From: Candidatus Poribacteria bacterium
GTDB lineage: Bacteria > Poribacteria > WGA-4E > PCPOR2b
Length of the DNA: 64,000 nt
Reading direction: 5' to 3'
Assembly (NCBI GenBank): GCA_965215015.1
Contig: OZ244042.1
Coordinates: forward strand, 5,504,001 to 5,568,000
A model generated the notes under the pieces. It was given only the letters and a program-made list of their open reading frames with translations, did no database searches and was not told the DNA's origin. A program made the translations under genes and the position numbers. Shown in pieces: positions 1-10,203 of this stretch (position 1 is its first letter; each line of letters opens with the position of its first letter).

Positions 1-2
1 TC

Positions 3-362
3 TTTACGGCCGGGTTACCTGGTGAATATCCTCCCGGAACGGTTAGCGAGAAGTTCAAAAAAAATCCGTATGGCGTCTGGATTGTTCGGAAAGAAGACGG
101 CGAATTTTACGCGTTATTGGCAATCTGCACACATCTCGGTTGTACCCCTCGATGGCTAGCATCGGAGAATAAGTTTAAGTGCCCTTGTCACGGGAGTGGG
201 TTTGACCGTGAAGGGATGCACTTTGAGGGTCCTGCACCGAGACCCCTGGAGCGCGTACAAATTACGCTGGCGGAGGATGGGCAACTGCTAATTGATAAGT
301 CCGTAAAATTCCTTGAAGAGCGAGGCGATTGGGGGAAAGCGGGATCTTCTTTAAGGATTTAG
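3..362 (+). CDS. qcrA: Rieske 2Fe-2S subunit of cytochrome bc complex (5' partial, runs off window)
   Basis: CTHLGC and CPCHGS Rieske boxes plus GPAPRPL; frame open from position 3 (FTAGLPGEYPPG...). Confidence 0.93.
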   Translation, partial: FTAGLPGEYPPGTVSEKFKKNPYGVWIVRKEDGEFYALLAICTHLGCTPRWLASENKFKCPCHGSGFDREGMHFEGPAPRPLERVQITLAEDGQLLIDKSVKFLEERGDWGKAGSSLRI

Positions 363-526
363 TGAAGTCAATGGTTCACATAATCTATGTTCCCTTTGAC
401 CCCCGTTATTCCCCACTCGACTAAATTGTACCCCCTTGGTGCGCCCTTAACGATAAAATCAAATTGAGCAAGAAAGGAGTTATACAGCCCTGGTTATGCT
501 AATGCGAGGTAGGCTGAGTCGTTGTT

Positions 527-1300
527 ATGAATGAAAGACGTAATGGATTAAAAGAGAAAATCACAAATAACCAAATTTGGCAGTCGATGTTTCGCCACGG
601 CTACGAGAAAACAGGAAGGCGATATACCCTTCAAGTCCTCCAAAATGTCTGGCTCCATCTACATCCTCCCCGCGTCACCCGCCACGCGATTAACTTCCGA
701 TTTACATGGTGTATGGGCGGGATTACCTTTCTGATGTTTCTTGTCACCGCCGTTACGGGTGTGTTGTTGATGTTCTACTATCGTCCTACCGCTGAGTACG
801 CGTTTCGCGATATACAGTATCTTGAGTTTGACATCCCCTTTGGGATGCTCCTGCGCAATATGCACCGTTGGGCCGCCCACGGTATGGTCATTGCTGTGAT
901 GCTTCACATGTTCCGCGTTTTCCTAACAGGGTCTTATAAAAAGCCTCGCGAATTTAACTGGGGAGTCGGCGTCATCCTACTACTTGTCACCTTTTTCCTC
1001 AGTTTTACCGGCTACCTGTTGCCGTGGGATCAACTCGCATTTTGGGCGGTCACCGTCGGAACGAACATGGCGCGAGCGACACCGGTCCTAGGACATGAAG
1101 GCCCATTTCATCCGCAGGATATTGTCACCCAATCGAATGATGTGCGCTTTGCCCTTCTTGGTGGGACAATTGTTGGGCCCTCAACACTCTTACGGTTTTA
1201 CATCCTACATTGCGTCGCTGTGCCCCTTTTGGCAAGCGTATTGATGGCACTACACTTCTGGCGTGTCCGCAAGGATGGTGGTATTTCTGGGCCCCTATAG
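527..1300 (+). CDS. qcrB: Cytochrome b, N-terminal b6-like part of a split cytochrome b
   Basis: RNMHRWAAH...LHMFRVF, GYLLPWDQ, RFYILH...LHF heme-b His pattern; C-terminal GISGPL typical of cytochrome b6. Confidence 0.95.
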   Translation: MNERRNGLKEKITNNQIWQSMFRHGYEKTGRRYTLQVLQNVWLHLHPPRVTRHAINFRFTWCMGGITFLMFLVTAVTGVLLMFYYRPTAEYAFRDIQYLEFDIPFGMLLRNMHRWAAHGMVIAVMLHMFRVFLTGSYKKPREFNWGVGVILLLVTFFLSFTGYLLPWDQLAFWAVTVGTNMARATPVLGHEGPFHPQDIVTQSNDVRFALLGGTIVGPSTLLRFYILHCVAVPLLASVLMALHFWRVRKDGGISGPL

Positions 1301-1339
1301 GACTGAACTCATTTTAATCCCCATTGATTGAGGTGGTAT

Positions 1340-2206
1340 ATGGAACATGTTCTCGAATTGATTACGAAGCCTGATAACGTTCCGATTGTTGCAATTGTGT
1401 TGCTGTTACCTTTCTTCACGTGGCTCGCATTCAGCCAAGGGCGCAGAAATGACCTAGCAGGTACACCCGCAGAAGCAGCACTTAATGATAAAGTCTACTG
1501 CTGGCCCTACCTTTGCCGCAACGAGTTTCTCTGTGCAATCATTATAATGCTCGTTCTGGGGATATGGTCCATTACCATTGATGCCCCACTCGAAGAGCCG
1601 AGCGATCCGACAAAAACCCCGAACCCGTCTAAAGCCCCATGGTATTTCCTCGCGCTACAGGAGATGTTGGTTTACTTCGATCCGTGGATTGCAGGTGTTG
1701 TTTTGCCGGGGCTGATTATCGTCGGTTTAATTGCCATTCCCTACATAGATATCAATCCCCAAGGAAAAGGGTACTATACCCTAAAAGAGCGTCCATTTGC
1801 ACTGATAACCTTCTGTTTCGGCTTTTTCGTGTTATGGATTGTGCTGATGGTTGTCGGTACTTTCTTGAGGGGCCCCGGTTGGAACTTTTTCGCCCCATGG
1901 AAAGAGTGGGATCCGCACAAGGTTGTGCCGCTAACCAACGTCAACCTCTCTTACCTATTCGGCATCCGAAACGAACAACCCGCTAGCATTTTCGGGATGT
2001 GTGTTGTCGTCGGATATTTTGCTTTAGGTCCTATCTATTACTTTTTGAAAAGAGGAACGAGCAAATTTCTTCAAGAGTTGGGATTGGTACGGTACATCGT
2101 GGTCTCATTCCTGTTCTTAACGATGATGGCTTTGCCAATCAAGATGATTCTGCGATGGACATTGAATATCAAGTACATTTGGGTTTCCCCCTGGTTCAAT
2201 ATCTAG
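1340..2206 (+). CDS. Cytochrome b C-terminal / subunit IV-like membrane protein
   Basis: APLEEPSDPTKTPNPSKAPWYF matches the subunit IV PEWY region; multiple TM helices; ATG at 1340 follows GAGGTGG RBS (ORF track starts at 1328). Confidence 0.85.
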   Translation: MEHVLELITKPDNVPIVAIVLLLPFFTWLAFSQGRRNDLAGTPAEAALNDKVYCWPYLCRNEFLCAIIIMLVLGIWSITIDAPLEEPSDPTKTPNPSKAPWYFLALQEMLVYFDPWIAGVVLPGLIIVGLIAIPYIDINPQGKGYYTLKERPFALITFCFGFFVLWIVLMVVGTFLRGPGWNFFAPWKEWDPHKVVPLTNVNLSYLFGIRNEQPASIFGMCVVVGYFALGPIYYFLKRGTSKFLQELGLVRYIVVSFLFLTMMALPIKMILRWTLNIKYIWVSPWFNI

Positions 2207-2263
2207 GGCGTATTACGCGATATGTAATTCGTTCATTCAAACAGTAAGGAGTCAATAGGAATC

Positions 2264-5200
2264 GTGAGGAACAAAAAAGAAATTCTGATTGAGGAAAAAT
2301 CTTACGCAGCACTGTTTTTTATTCTTTCCGGTTTGTTGGGATTCGTTACGCTGTGGGGTTTCTATAACGAAACAATTACTAGACGTCCATGGAAGGAGAT
2401 TCAGCGGCAATTTTACGAATACGAATATCAAAAAACCAAGATTGAATTGGAAAAAGCAGAACAAGATCTACCTGAGATTGAAGCACCTCAAGAAATTGAC
2501 CCTAGACAAGAGGGGATGCTAAGAGATGCGATTGCGGGGTTGCAGATTAAGCTAGATGAAGCCTTGCAGGATCGTAAATTTGATCAGAGCGAGTCGGATG
2601 CAATCAACTATAAATATCAGTATGCACTGCACCACGGGGAAAAAGAGAAATCGGAAAAATGGAAAAAGAAATTAGACGAGTTTGAAAGTCGAATTGAGGG
2701 AATATTGACGGACGCTGTGCTGGAGGCGGAGCGGAATCTTGCCGCCGCTTATAAAAATCTTGCTGAGCTCTATGATGCCAATGGTCACATTGAGGCAGCC
2801 TTAGGCGAGTATCTCAACGTTCGGAAATATAACGCATCGGACACAACGGTTTCGACGAAGATTAGTGAACTTCAGACGAAAATTGAGGCTGCGAAAGCGG
2901 ATAAAGCGAAATACGCTGAGGTTGACAGACTTGAGGAGAAACTTCATTCTGTCGGTGGTATTAAGCGCACTTTCATCGGCACATTGGCAGAAAGCCCCTT
3001 CACAAAGACACGTACAGTTGTCCAATACTACATTGAAGATTTTGATTACACGGCGGACCGATGCGCGACCTGCCACTTTGCTTCGGACAAAGCCGGATAT
3101 GACGGATTCGCCAAAGAGCAGTTTGAAGAGATTGAAGGGGATGGCGAAAACAACCTCACGCTCCAATTAAAACATCCCTACATTAAAACGGGTAGCGAAA
3201 CGGTGCTCATTGACGAAGAAGACGCCGAAGAGGATAGTTATGAGTTAAGCAAAGACGGCAAGTTGATCTTCACCGATCCAGATATTTATGCTGACCTCGT
3301 CGAAATTGCGTATGATACCGGATATGACCCTGTGCTTCAGACGCATCCCCACCGAGATGTGCTCCTTGCTAAACATCCTGTTGAAAGATTCGGATGCACC
3401 CCCTGCCACGGTGGACAGGGACAAGGCCTGACCCAAAAAGCCGCACACGCCCTAGACCATAAGAAGGAGTATTGGCTGACGCCTGTCTTGGGGTTGGACG
3501 AGCATACAGGTAAAGCCTCAGCAGAATTTCGTGGCTATATGCAGTCCAATTGTCGTCGGTGCCACGATGGTGTGATGATGTTAGATGCTCCCAATCCAGA
3601 GAACGGAGATCTCCAAGATTATTCGCCTGACCTCTCGAAGGGGATGGCACTCTTTGAGGACATCGGATGTCACGGTTGTCATGCTGTTGAGGGGTATTCT
3701 ACGTTAGCGGACCTCGACAAAGTTGGTCCCTCGCTTGCCAAGATCGGCAGTAAAGTCAATAGCGTTGAGTGGCTAGAAGGGTGGATTAAACAACCGACCG
3801 TTTACCTGCCGGAGACCAAGATGCCAGATTTCTTCCCCGTCGAAAAGTTGACCCAAGTGGTTTACCTCAAAAATGGGAATAAGCACTACGGCGTCGTTAC
3901 CAAAACCGACACCGGCATTATCCTCCAAAAGGACGATGGTACGAAATATCCTTATCCTGATACCGCTGTTGAACGGGTAGTCGACGAGGTGAAATCGATT
4001 GCGGCGTACTTGGCGCAGATGAAAGACCCCACGATAGATCAGAGTGATGCCTCCTTCTCGACAGCCCCCCTTGCGATTGACGCCGGTGAACAGGTCGTCA
4101 AATCGGTTGGATGTCTGTCATGTCATACGGTTGGCGGACTCGGAAGTGATTTCGCACCAAAGCTGGATAATGTCGGCAGCAAACTCACACCACAATTCCT
4201 ACGTCAATGGATTAGCGATCCAAAATCTTACGATCCCGACACGGTTATGCCCAGTCTGCGTTTGACCAAAACTGAAGTGGATAATGCGGTCGCTTACCTG
4301 ATGTCGTTGAAAGAGTCAGCTCCCTCTCCTATTGCCGGTAACGAAAATCCTCAAGCAGCGGTTGATCCAATGGAAGGCGAACAGCTAGTTCGGACTTACG
4401 GTTGCTTCGGTTGTCATAATATCCCCGGCTTTGAGAATGAGTCAAAGGTCGGTGCAGACCTCGGCGAATTTGGTGCCAAGACCGTCGAGGAACTTGACTT
4501 CGGAGATACAAAAGAGATTGAACACAGTTGGCACGGCTGGACAATCGGAAAGGTAACCGATCCAAGACGCTATCAAACACGCCGTATTGTCTCCCGAATG
4601 CCAGTTTTTAGCGAACACATCATCGGCGAGGAGGAGGCACGCGCCCTTGCGGTTCTGCTCAAGAGTTTCCAACCTGTAAAATATCCGGTGAGCTACATTC
4701 ACCAACCGATCGAGAAGAAATGGCAGATTGATGCCGGACGCAGGTTAGCGAAAAAATACAACTGCACCGGCTGCCATGAAATTGAAGGAAAAGGCGGTGA
4801 TTTCGCGAATGTGGTCGCCGCAAATAAAGAACTGGACCTGCTAAATGCCAAGCGCTTTGCCCCACCCACCCTGCAAGCGCAAGGTGCTAAGGTTTATCCG
4901 GACTGGTTGTTTGAGTTCCTGAAGGCACCTACTCCTATTCGCTACGGACTTGAAGTTCGGATGCCGACTTTTGGGTTCTCGGACGAGGAAGCAACCGCCC
5001 TTGTCAAATACTTTTCTGCGCTTGACGATGAGGTTTTCCCGTATGAGACCATGACATTACAACCGGCGTCTCGAAGGGAGCTGCGTGTCGGCAAACAGAT
5101 CTTTGACGCGCTCCAGTGTATTTCCTGCCATCCGGAACAAGGCGAAGTTATCCCACCGGGCAGCGACAAAACTGGGCGTCCCGACCTCGCGCTAGCGAAG

Positions 5201-5389
5201 GGACGTCTCAAAGCTGATTGGGTCGTTGAATGGCTCAAAGACCCGCAATCCTTCCAACCGGGAACTGCGATGCCTCAAGCATGGCCAAAGATTGGCGGTG
5301 CCCATCAACCTGTTGATGGCTTTGCAGTCGAAGAGGCCGAAGAGCAGATCCGGTTGGTCAGAGATTATCTCATTTCACTGGACGAGTAA
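2264..5389 (+). CDS. Membrane-anchored octaheme cytochrome c associated with complex III
   Basis: Eight CxxCH motifs (CATCH, CTPCH, CRRCH, CHGCH, CLSCH, CFGCH, CTGCH, CISCH); N-terminal TM helix and coiled coil; several W..P....P...MP distal Met motifs. Confidence 0.92.
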   Translation: MRNKKEILIEEKSYAALFFILSGLLGFVTLWGFYNETITRRPWKEIQRQFYEYEYQKTKIELEKAEQDLPEIEAPQEIDPRQEGMLRDAIAGLQIKLDEALQDRKFDQSESDAINYKYQYALHHGEKEKSEKWKKKLDEFESRIEGILTDAVLEAERNLAAAYKNLAELYDANGHIEAALGEYLNVRKYNASDTTVSTKISELQTKIEAAKADKAKYAEVDRLEEKLHSVGGIKRTFIGTLAESPFTKTRTVVQYYIEDFDYTADRCATCHFASDKAGYDGFAKEQFEEIEGDGENNLTLQLKHPYIKTGSETVLIDEEDAEEDSYELSKDGKLIFTDPDIYADLVEIAYDTGYDPVLQTHPHRDVLLAKHPVERFGCTPCHGGQGQGLTQKAAHALDHKKEYWLTPVLGLDEHTGKASAEFRGYMQSNCRRCHDGVMMLDAPNPENGDLQDYSPDLSKGMALFEDIGCHGCHAVEGYSTLADLDKVGPSLAKIGSKVNSVEWLEGWIKQPTVYLPETKMPDFFPVEKLTQVVYLKNGNKHYGVVTKTDTGIILQKDDGTKYPYPDTAVERVVDEVKSIAAYLAQMKDPTIDQSDASFSTAPLAIDAGEQVVKSVGCLSCHTVGGLGSDFAPKLDNVGSKLTPQFLRQWISDPKSYDPDTVMPSLRLTKTEVDNAVAYLMSLKESAPSPIAGNENPQAAVDPMEGEQLVRTYGCFGCHNIPGFENESKVGADLGEFGAKTVEELDFGDTKEIEHSWHGWTIGKVTDPRRYQTRRIVSRMPVFSEHIIGEEEARALAVLLKSFQPVKYPVSYIHQPIEKKWQIDAGRRLAKKYNCTGCHEIEGKGGDFANVVAANKELDLLNAKRFAPPTLQAQGAKVYPDWLFEFLKAPTPIRYGLEVRMPTFGFSDEEATALVKYFSALDDEVFPYETMTLQPASRRELRVGKQIFDALQCISCHPEQGEVIPPGSDKTGRPDLALAKGRLKADWVVEWLKDPQSFQPGTAMPQAWPKIGGAHQPVDGFAVEEAEEQIRLVRDYLISLDE

Positions 5390-5390
5390 T

Positions 5391-5453
5391 GTAGTAGGCA
5401 TACTCCGTATGCCGTAACCTCTTGGGGTTGGTAGTAGCGTAATTTATTACGCG
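5391..5453 (+). repeat. Two GTAG-type REP-like hairpins
   Basis: GTAGTA-GGCATAC-TCC-GTATGCC-GTAA (27-nt identical copy at 34918-34944) and GTAGTA-GCGTAA-TTTA-TTACGC. Confidence 0.75.
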
Positions 5454-5560
5454 TTTTGACTACAAACTTCATACCAGTTACCCAACTAGCTCATGTAAAG
5501 TGAGAACACGCCAAGAACGCGAGTTTTTTTTACTCGGCTTCTGCTGCACGATTTCTTAGC

Positions 5561-7255
5561 ATGAGCAACCCAGCTCTTCCCATCACGGTATTAAAGAGGT
5601 ATAGACAAGTGCTTCAAATAGATCCCTCTGCATCTTCCGAAGCATCAACGGAAGGCAATGGTAGCCAGCGGATTCTCATCGGCATCGTTATTGCCATCAT
5701 CGTTGGGTTGCTCGTCGGTGGTTGGATACCAGACTTTGCTGCAAAAACAACCCTACTCGGCGACATATTCCTGAATGCACTCAAAATGATTGTTGTCCCG
5801 CTGGTCATGTTTTCAATGATTGTTGGCATTACCGGCTTAGGGGATATTCGCAACCTCGGTCCAATCGGTGGACGCACTGTCCTCTACTATATGGCGACGA
5901 CTGGAATTTCGGTGCTCATTGGTATCATCTTGGTCAACATCACCCAACCGGGGGTAGGGATTTCTCGCGGTGCAAATCATCCAGAATTCACTTATACAAT
6001 CGACAGCGAAAACAATCGCACAGTCACTTTAACGAACGGTACTTGGGGGCAAACACGTTATGACAGCAGATATGCGCTAATTCTACCGGATCAGGGGGTG
6101 CAGGGTGCAATTCAGTCCATCACCGAAAATACCGCCACAGTGAAGTTCTGGGAGCGCAGCCAAGGAGGCGAGGAGGTCTATATTGAGGCAGAAGACGGTA
6201 CACGCCTGCCTTTTTGGCGTGTTGGGGGACAGCTCGTTTCCGATGAGCCACAACTTCAACCCGAAGGAAAAGGCGTAAAGATTGACTTGCCTATCGCCGG
6301 GGCGGTACGCGGAAAAGAAGAGAGAAACATCGGCAGCATACTGTCAGAAGTCCTGATTGGGAATGAAGAAACTGGGAAAGAGGGCTTGATTCCTCGAAAC
6401 CTGTTCAACGCGATGGTGCGAACGGATATTCTTCCGCTAATTTTTTTCTCGTTGCTGATTGGCGGTGCATTTTCCATCTTGGGTGAACGTGGACAGACTG
6501 CCATTGATTTCATTTCGGTGCTGAATGATGGAATCATGCGAATTGTTCACTGGATTATGGTTTTCGCACCGATCGGCATCTTCGGCTTGGTTGCAGGTCG
6601 CATTGGGCACGCCGGTGGGTTCATCAAATTTTTGCCGGAGTTGCTTGCAGTCGGAAAATATTGTTTCACGGTCATATTGGGTCTCGCTGTACATGCTGTT
6701 GTTGTATTACCGATAATCCTTTTTCTAATTGGCAGACGGAATCCGTTGACCTACGCAAAAGGGATGGGAGCAGCATTGTTAAACGCTTTCTCCACCGCAT
6801 CAAGTTCAGCGACACTGCCGTTGACAATGGAAGGCACCGAGGAGAAAAATGGCATATCCAATCGGACTTCAAGTTTTGTCTTACCGCTCGGTGCCACAAT
6901 TAACATGGACGGCACTGCCCTCTACGAAGCTGTCGCTGCGATGTTCATTGCACAGGTCTACGGAATAACCTTAGGTCCTGTGGAGCAAATCGTTATCTTT
7001 CTGACTGCGACAATCGCTGCCATCGGTGCCGCGGGTATCCCTGAAGCAGGTCTTGTGACAATGGTGATTGTCTTAAAAGCCGTTGGGCTGCCAATTGAAG
7101 GTATCGGACTAATCTTGACTATTGATTGGTTTCTTGACCGATGCCGGACAACCGCCAACGTCTGGGGCGATAGTGTCGGCGCAGGTGTTATTGAGACACT
7201 TGAATCTGGGGCTGCTCCAAAACAAACGCTAGATTCCCCTACAGCGTCAAGCTAA
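5561..7255 (+). CDS. Dicarboxylate/amino acid:cation symporter (DAACS, GltP/DctA family) with large loop insertion
   Basis: AFSTASSSATLP, PLGATINMDGTALY, AAIGAAGIP, DRCRTTANVWGD motifs; true start may be downstream of 5561. Confidence 0.92.
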   Translation: MSNPALPITVLKRYRQVLQIDPSASSEASTEGNGSQRILIGIVIAIIVGLLVGGWIPDFAAKTTLLGDIFLNALKMIVVPLVMFSMIVGITGLGDIRNLGPIGGRTVLYYMATTGISVLIGIILVNITQPGVGISRGANHPEFTYTIDSENNRTVTLTNGTWGQTRYDSRYALILPDQGVQGAIQSITENTATVKFWERSQGGEEVYIEAEDGTRLPFWRVGGQLVSDEPQLQPEGKGVKIDLPIAGAVRGKEERNIGSILSEVLIGNEETGKEGLIPRNLFNAMVRTDILPLIFFSLLIGGAFSILGERGQTAIDFISVLNDGIMRIVHWIMVFAPIGIFGLVAGRIGHAGGFIKFLPELLAVGKYCFTVILGLAVHAVVVLPIILFLIGRRNPLTYAKGMGAALLNAFSTASSSATLPLTMEGTEEKNGISNRTSSFVLPLGATINMDGTALYEAVAAMFIAQVYGITLGPVEQIVIFLTATIAAIGAAGIPEAGLVTMVIVLKAVGLPIEGIGLILTIDWFLDRCRTTANVWGDSVGAGVIETLESGAAPKQTLDSPTASS

Positions 7256-7292
7256 ATGGGATCCCGAGAATAACAAAGGTGGTATCATTCAA

Positions 7293-7667
7293 ATGATTCG
7301 ACACCTTCTCATCATCATTGGGGTATTTGCCGCCAGCATGAGTTGGCTGATTTGGCTCTGTCGGGCGGTGGACCCCAGTACGCGATACGGCTCCGAAGTC
7401 GAGTACAATTACGCTAGATATTGTGCCGGCTGTCATGGTGCAAATGGTGAAGGCAACGGACGGATTGGGCGGTTCAAAAAGCTAGAACCCGCAAATCTGA
7501 CAACAACCGATTTTTGGGAGGGGCGTAGCGACGAACAATTTATCCATAGTATTGATGCCGGCAAGAACGACATGCCGGCATTTTTTTACTACCTAACAGA
7601 TGAGGAACAGTGGGAACTGTTCTCATTTATCAAAGAGAATTTTCGACCAACGCCGCTGCCTGATTGA
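7293..7667 (+). CDS. Monoheme cytochrome c
   Basis: N-terminal hydrophobic segment, CAGCHG, PANLT, distal MPAF. Confidence 0.88.
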   Translation: MIRHLLIIIGVFAASMSWLIWLCRAVDPSTRYGSEVEYNYARYCAGCHGANGEGNGRIGRFKKLEPANLTTTDFWEGRSDEQFIHSIDAGKNDMPAFFYYLTDEEQWELFSFIKENFRPTPLPD

Positions 7668-7747
7668 ACCAACTAGTGGTCTCGTTGTGCATCATCAAAA
7701 ACATAAGAGGATTCATATAATAAAGAAAGCGTAAAACGTGAAGAGAC

Positions 7748-7781
7748 CCCGAGTTTTTTTTCTTGAAAACTCGAGCTCTGT
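7748..7781. repeat. CCGAGTTTTT..AAAACTCG hairpin repeat (copy of a 4-member family)
   Basis: Near-identical to 10152-10185; related copies at about 5518-5543 and 17427-17457. Confidence 0.6.
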
Positions 7782-7931
7782 AGCCAATAATAAATGTAAG
7801 ACCAATTCATCGCTGAACCAGCTGTTAGTGGGTTGCGATGAAGTTACAACCATAAGGGGCACAGATGCGAAAATACGCATATCTGTTCTGCCCTGCCTAA
7901 TTTTTTTCTTTCAAAACTAAGGAGATTCAGA

Positions 7932-9098
7932 ATGAACATTAGACAGTTCACCAAATTCGCGTCTGTACTGGCGATTGTCACGCTGATTGTGGGGTTTTCC
8001 GCCTGTGACCAAATCCAGCAACTTCTCCTCCCCGTGCCCCCTCAGATGGACAGACTGAGTGGAGAAGTTATCATCGGCGTCACCATGCCTCTGACCGGCC
8101 CATACGCCGATCCATATGGTTTACCGATGCAACGTGGCTTTGAACTAGCGCGTGAAGAGCTTAACCAGTTCGACGGTCCACAAATCACCTTCATCACCGA
8201 GGATGATCAGGGTACCATTGAGGGGGCGGTTGAAGTCTTCAATAACCTGATTCATCAACATGGCGTTTCTATCATCACCGGTCTCGTTTTCTCAACGCAG
8301 GGCACACAGGTATTTCCAATTGCACAAGGGAATGAGGTTGTATGTTTTAGCTCGGTCTCTTCCGCCTCCGGTCTGAGCGCGATAGGCGATTTTATTTTCC
8401 GTGCAGGGCTCACCACGGATGTGCTGAGTCCAAATGGCGTCAGGATAACTCAGGAGAAGCTCGGCTACCAACGGGCAGCGATGATATATGACGACATTGA
8501 TCTCTATTCCACGAGTAGCAACACTGAGTTGAGTAAAGCCCTTGCTGCTAGCGGAATCGAGATTGTGAGCACGGAGACCTTCCAAACCGGGGATACCGAC
8601 TTTTCCGCGCAATTAGCCCGGATAATGGAGGCAAACCCTGACACTATCTTTATCTCCGCTTTAGCACCAGAGATAACTGAGATTCTGATTCAAGGGCGCG
8701 TAATCGGTATCCCCACCTCTGTTCCATTCATTGTTCCCGAGCTGAGCAGAGACGAAGTAGAAGCCGCCGGCAATGCCGCCGAGGGCGCGATTGCTTTTGC
8801 GGGTTGGTCCAGCACGGCTGATACACCGGGCAATCAGGCCTTCGTCGAAAATTATCGGGCGAAGTATGATATTGAACCTGAGCCTTGGGCCGCGCAGTCA
8901 TATGCAGCCCTCTATATTCTGGCGGAAGCAATTGCGGAGGCGCAATCAACGGATTCAACCGCGGTTCGGGACGCGCTGGCGAATATTAGGGATCTCGACA
9001 CCATCTTAGGCAAGTTCTCTTTTGATGTCAACGGGGACGCGGTTTACGACCCGATTATACTTATCGTCAAGAATGGCAATTTTGAGGTTTTTGAGTAA
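7932..9098 (+). CDS. ABC transporter substrate-binding lipoprotein (LivJ/branched-chain amino acid family), no partner genes adjacent
   Basis: Lipobox-like FSAC; IGVTMPLTG, DFSAQLARI, AAQSYAA, GKFSFDVNGD motifs. Confidence 0.88.
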   Translation: MNIRQFTKFASVLAIVTLIVGFSACDQIQQLLLPVPPQMDRLSGEVIIGVTMPLTGPYADPYGLPMQRGFELAREELNQFDGPQITFITEDDQGTIEGAVEVFNNLIHQHGVSIITGLVFSTQGTQVFPIAQGNEVVCFSSVSSASGLSAIGDFIFRAGLTTDVLSPNGVRITQEKLGYQRAAMIYDDIDLYSTSSNTELSKALAASGIEIVSTETFQTGDTDFSAQLARIMEANPDTIFISALAPEITEILIQGRVIGIPTSVPFIVPELSRDEVEAAGNAAEGAIAFAGWSSTADTPGNQAFVENYRAKYDIEPEPWAAQSYAALYILAEAIAEAQSTDSTAVRDALANIRDLDTILGKFSFDVNGDAVYDPIILIVKNGNFEVFE

Positions 9099-9126
9099 TC
9101 CCCAGCATTGGATGTGCATAACCTGA

Positions 9127-9169
9127 ACCTTGTCATCAGCCGCTCGCTGATGACAAGGTCTTCGGTTTT
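9127..9169 (+). terminator. Putative intrinsic terminator
   Basis: ACCTTGTCATCAGC-CGCTC-GCTGATGACAAGGT 14-bp stem followed by T-rich run, after the stop of 7932-9098. Confidence 0.55.
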
Positions 9170-9355
9170 AATTCACAAAACTTATGCACTTCAGATTGTG
9201 GCTGATGCTTATGCGATCTAATGACATTCACCAACCACGAGAAAACAGAGTTCACGGATATCCGTGACATCTTCTTTTTATCTCTTGATTCTCCTTTTCG
9301 TATGCTGCTATCATAGATACCTGTAGACGCACAATCATTTCAATATCGGACTTCA

Positions 9356-10138
9356 ATGAAGAAAGGATTGGTTCAAATCATGAAAACTGCAATCACCCTG
9401 ACTGCACTCAGTTTTATACTCATCGCAAGCCTGACATACGCCGGAACCATCGCCGGAACCATTATGTATGATGGGGCTGCGCCAGCACGACCAGCGATGC
9501 AAGTGACCAAAGACCAGCACTGTGTCGATTCCCTGAAAAGTGGAAAATCTGAAGCCCTTGTGGTCTCTAAAGGTAAAGGTATTAAAAACGTTGTTGTCTA
9601 CTTACGGGCGCGCGGCGCGAAGCCAACACTTCCCGCCAAAAATCCAGTCATGGATCAGGTCAGTTGTATGTATTCCCCCCATGTCCTCGTTGTGACCGCA
9701 GGCACCACAGTGGATATAACCTCCAGCGACCCGGTCGCACATAACGTCCATTCTCATGCCACGAAGAACGAGGCACCAAATTGGCAAATACCCGGTCCCG
9801 GTAAAATGTTACCTCTGAAATTAGAAAAACGTGAAGCGATTAAGTTCACCTGCGATATCCACAGCTGGATGACGGGATATATCTTTGTTACCGACAATGA
9901 TTATTATGCTGTGACCGGCTACAAAGACAAAGATGGCGAGTGGATCAGTTCCGACGCTTACGAAAGTTCAAGTGATACTGGCACCTACATGATCAAAGAC
10001 ATCCCTGCTGGCAAATACCGGGTTGTGGCATGGCACGAGGAGCTTGGAGAAACCAAAGCCCAGGTTGTCGAGATTGCAGACGGAGAGGTCGAGATTAACT
10101 TTACCAGTGCTGATTTTAGAAAGAAAGGTGCGAAATAA
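9356..10138 (+). CDS. Exported cupredoxin-like / carboxypeptidase-regulatory-like domain protein (paralog 1)
   Basis: Signal peptide; DQVSCMYSPHV, HNVH, CDIHSWM (His...Cys-x2-His-x2-Met); IPAGKYRVVAWHE; start may be ATG 9380. Confidence 0.8.
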   Translation: MKKGLVQIMKTAITLTALSFILIASLTYAGTIAGTIMYDGAAPARPAMQVTKDQHCVDSLKSGKSEALVVSKGKGIKNVVVYLRARGAKPTLPAKNPVMDQVSCMYSPHVLVVTAGTTVDITSSDPVAHNVHSHATKNEAPNWQIPGPGKMLPLKLEKREAIKFTCDIHSWMTGYIFVTDNDYYAVTGYKDKDGEWISSDAYESSSDTGTYMIKDIPAGKYRVVAWHEELGETKAQVVEIADGEVEINFTSADFRKKGAK

Positions 10139-10151
10139 CATCGCTGCACCA

Positions 10152-10185
10152 GAACCCGAGTTTTTTCTTGAAAACTCGGGTTCTG
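10152..10185. repeat. Hairpin repeat / possible terminator
   Basis: GAACCCGAGTTTT-TTCTTG-AAAACTCGGGTTC perfect stem directly after a stop codon. Confidence 0.65.
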
Positions 10186-10203
10186 TGAGCGTTTTACACT
10201 TTT

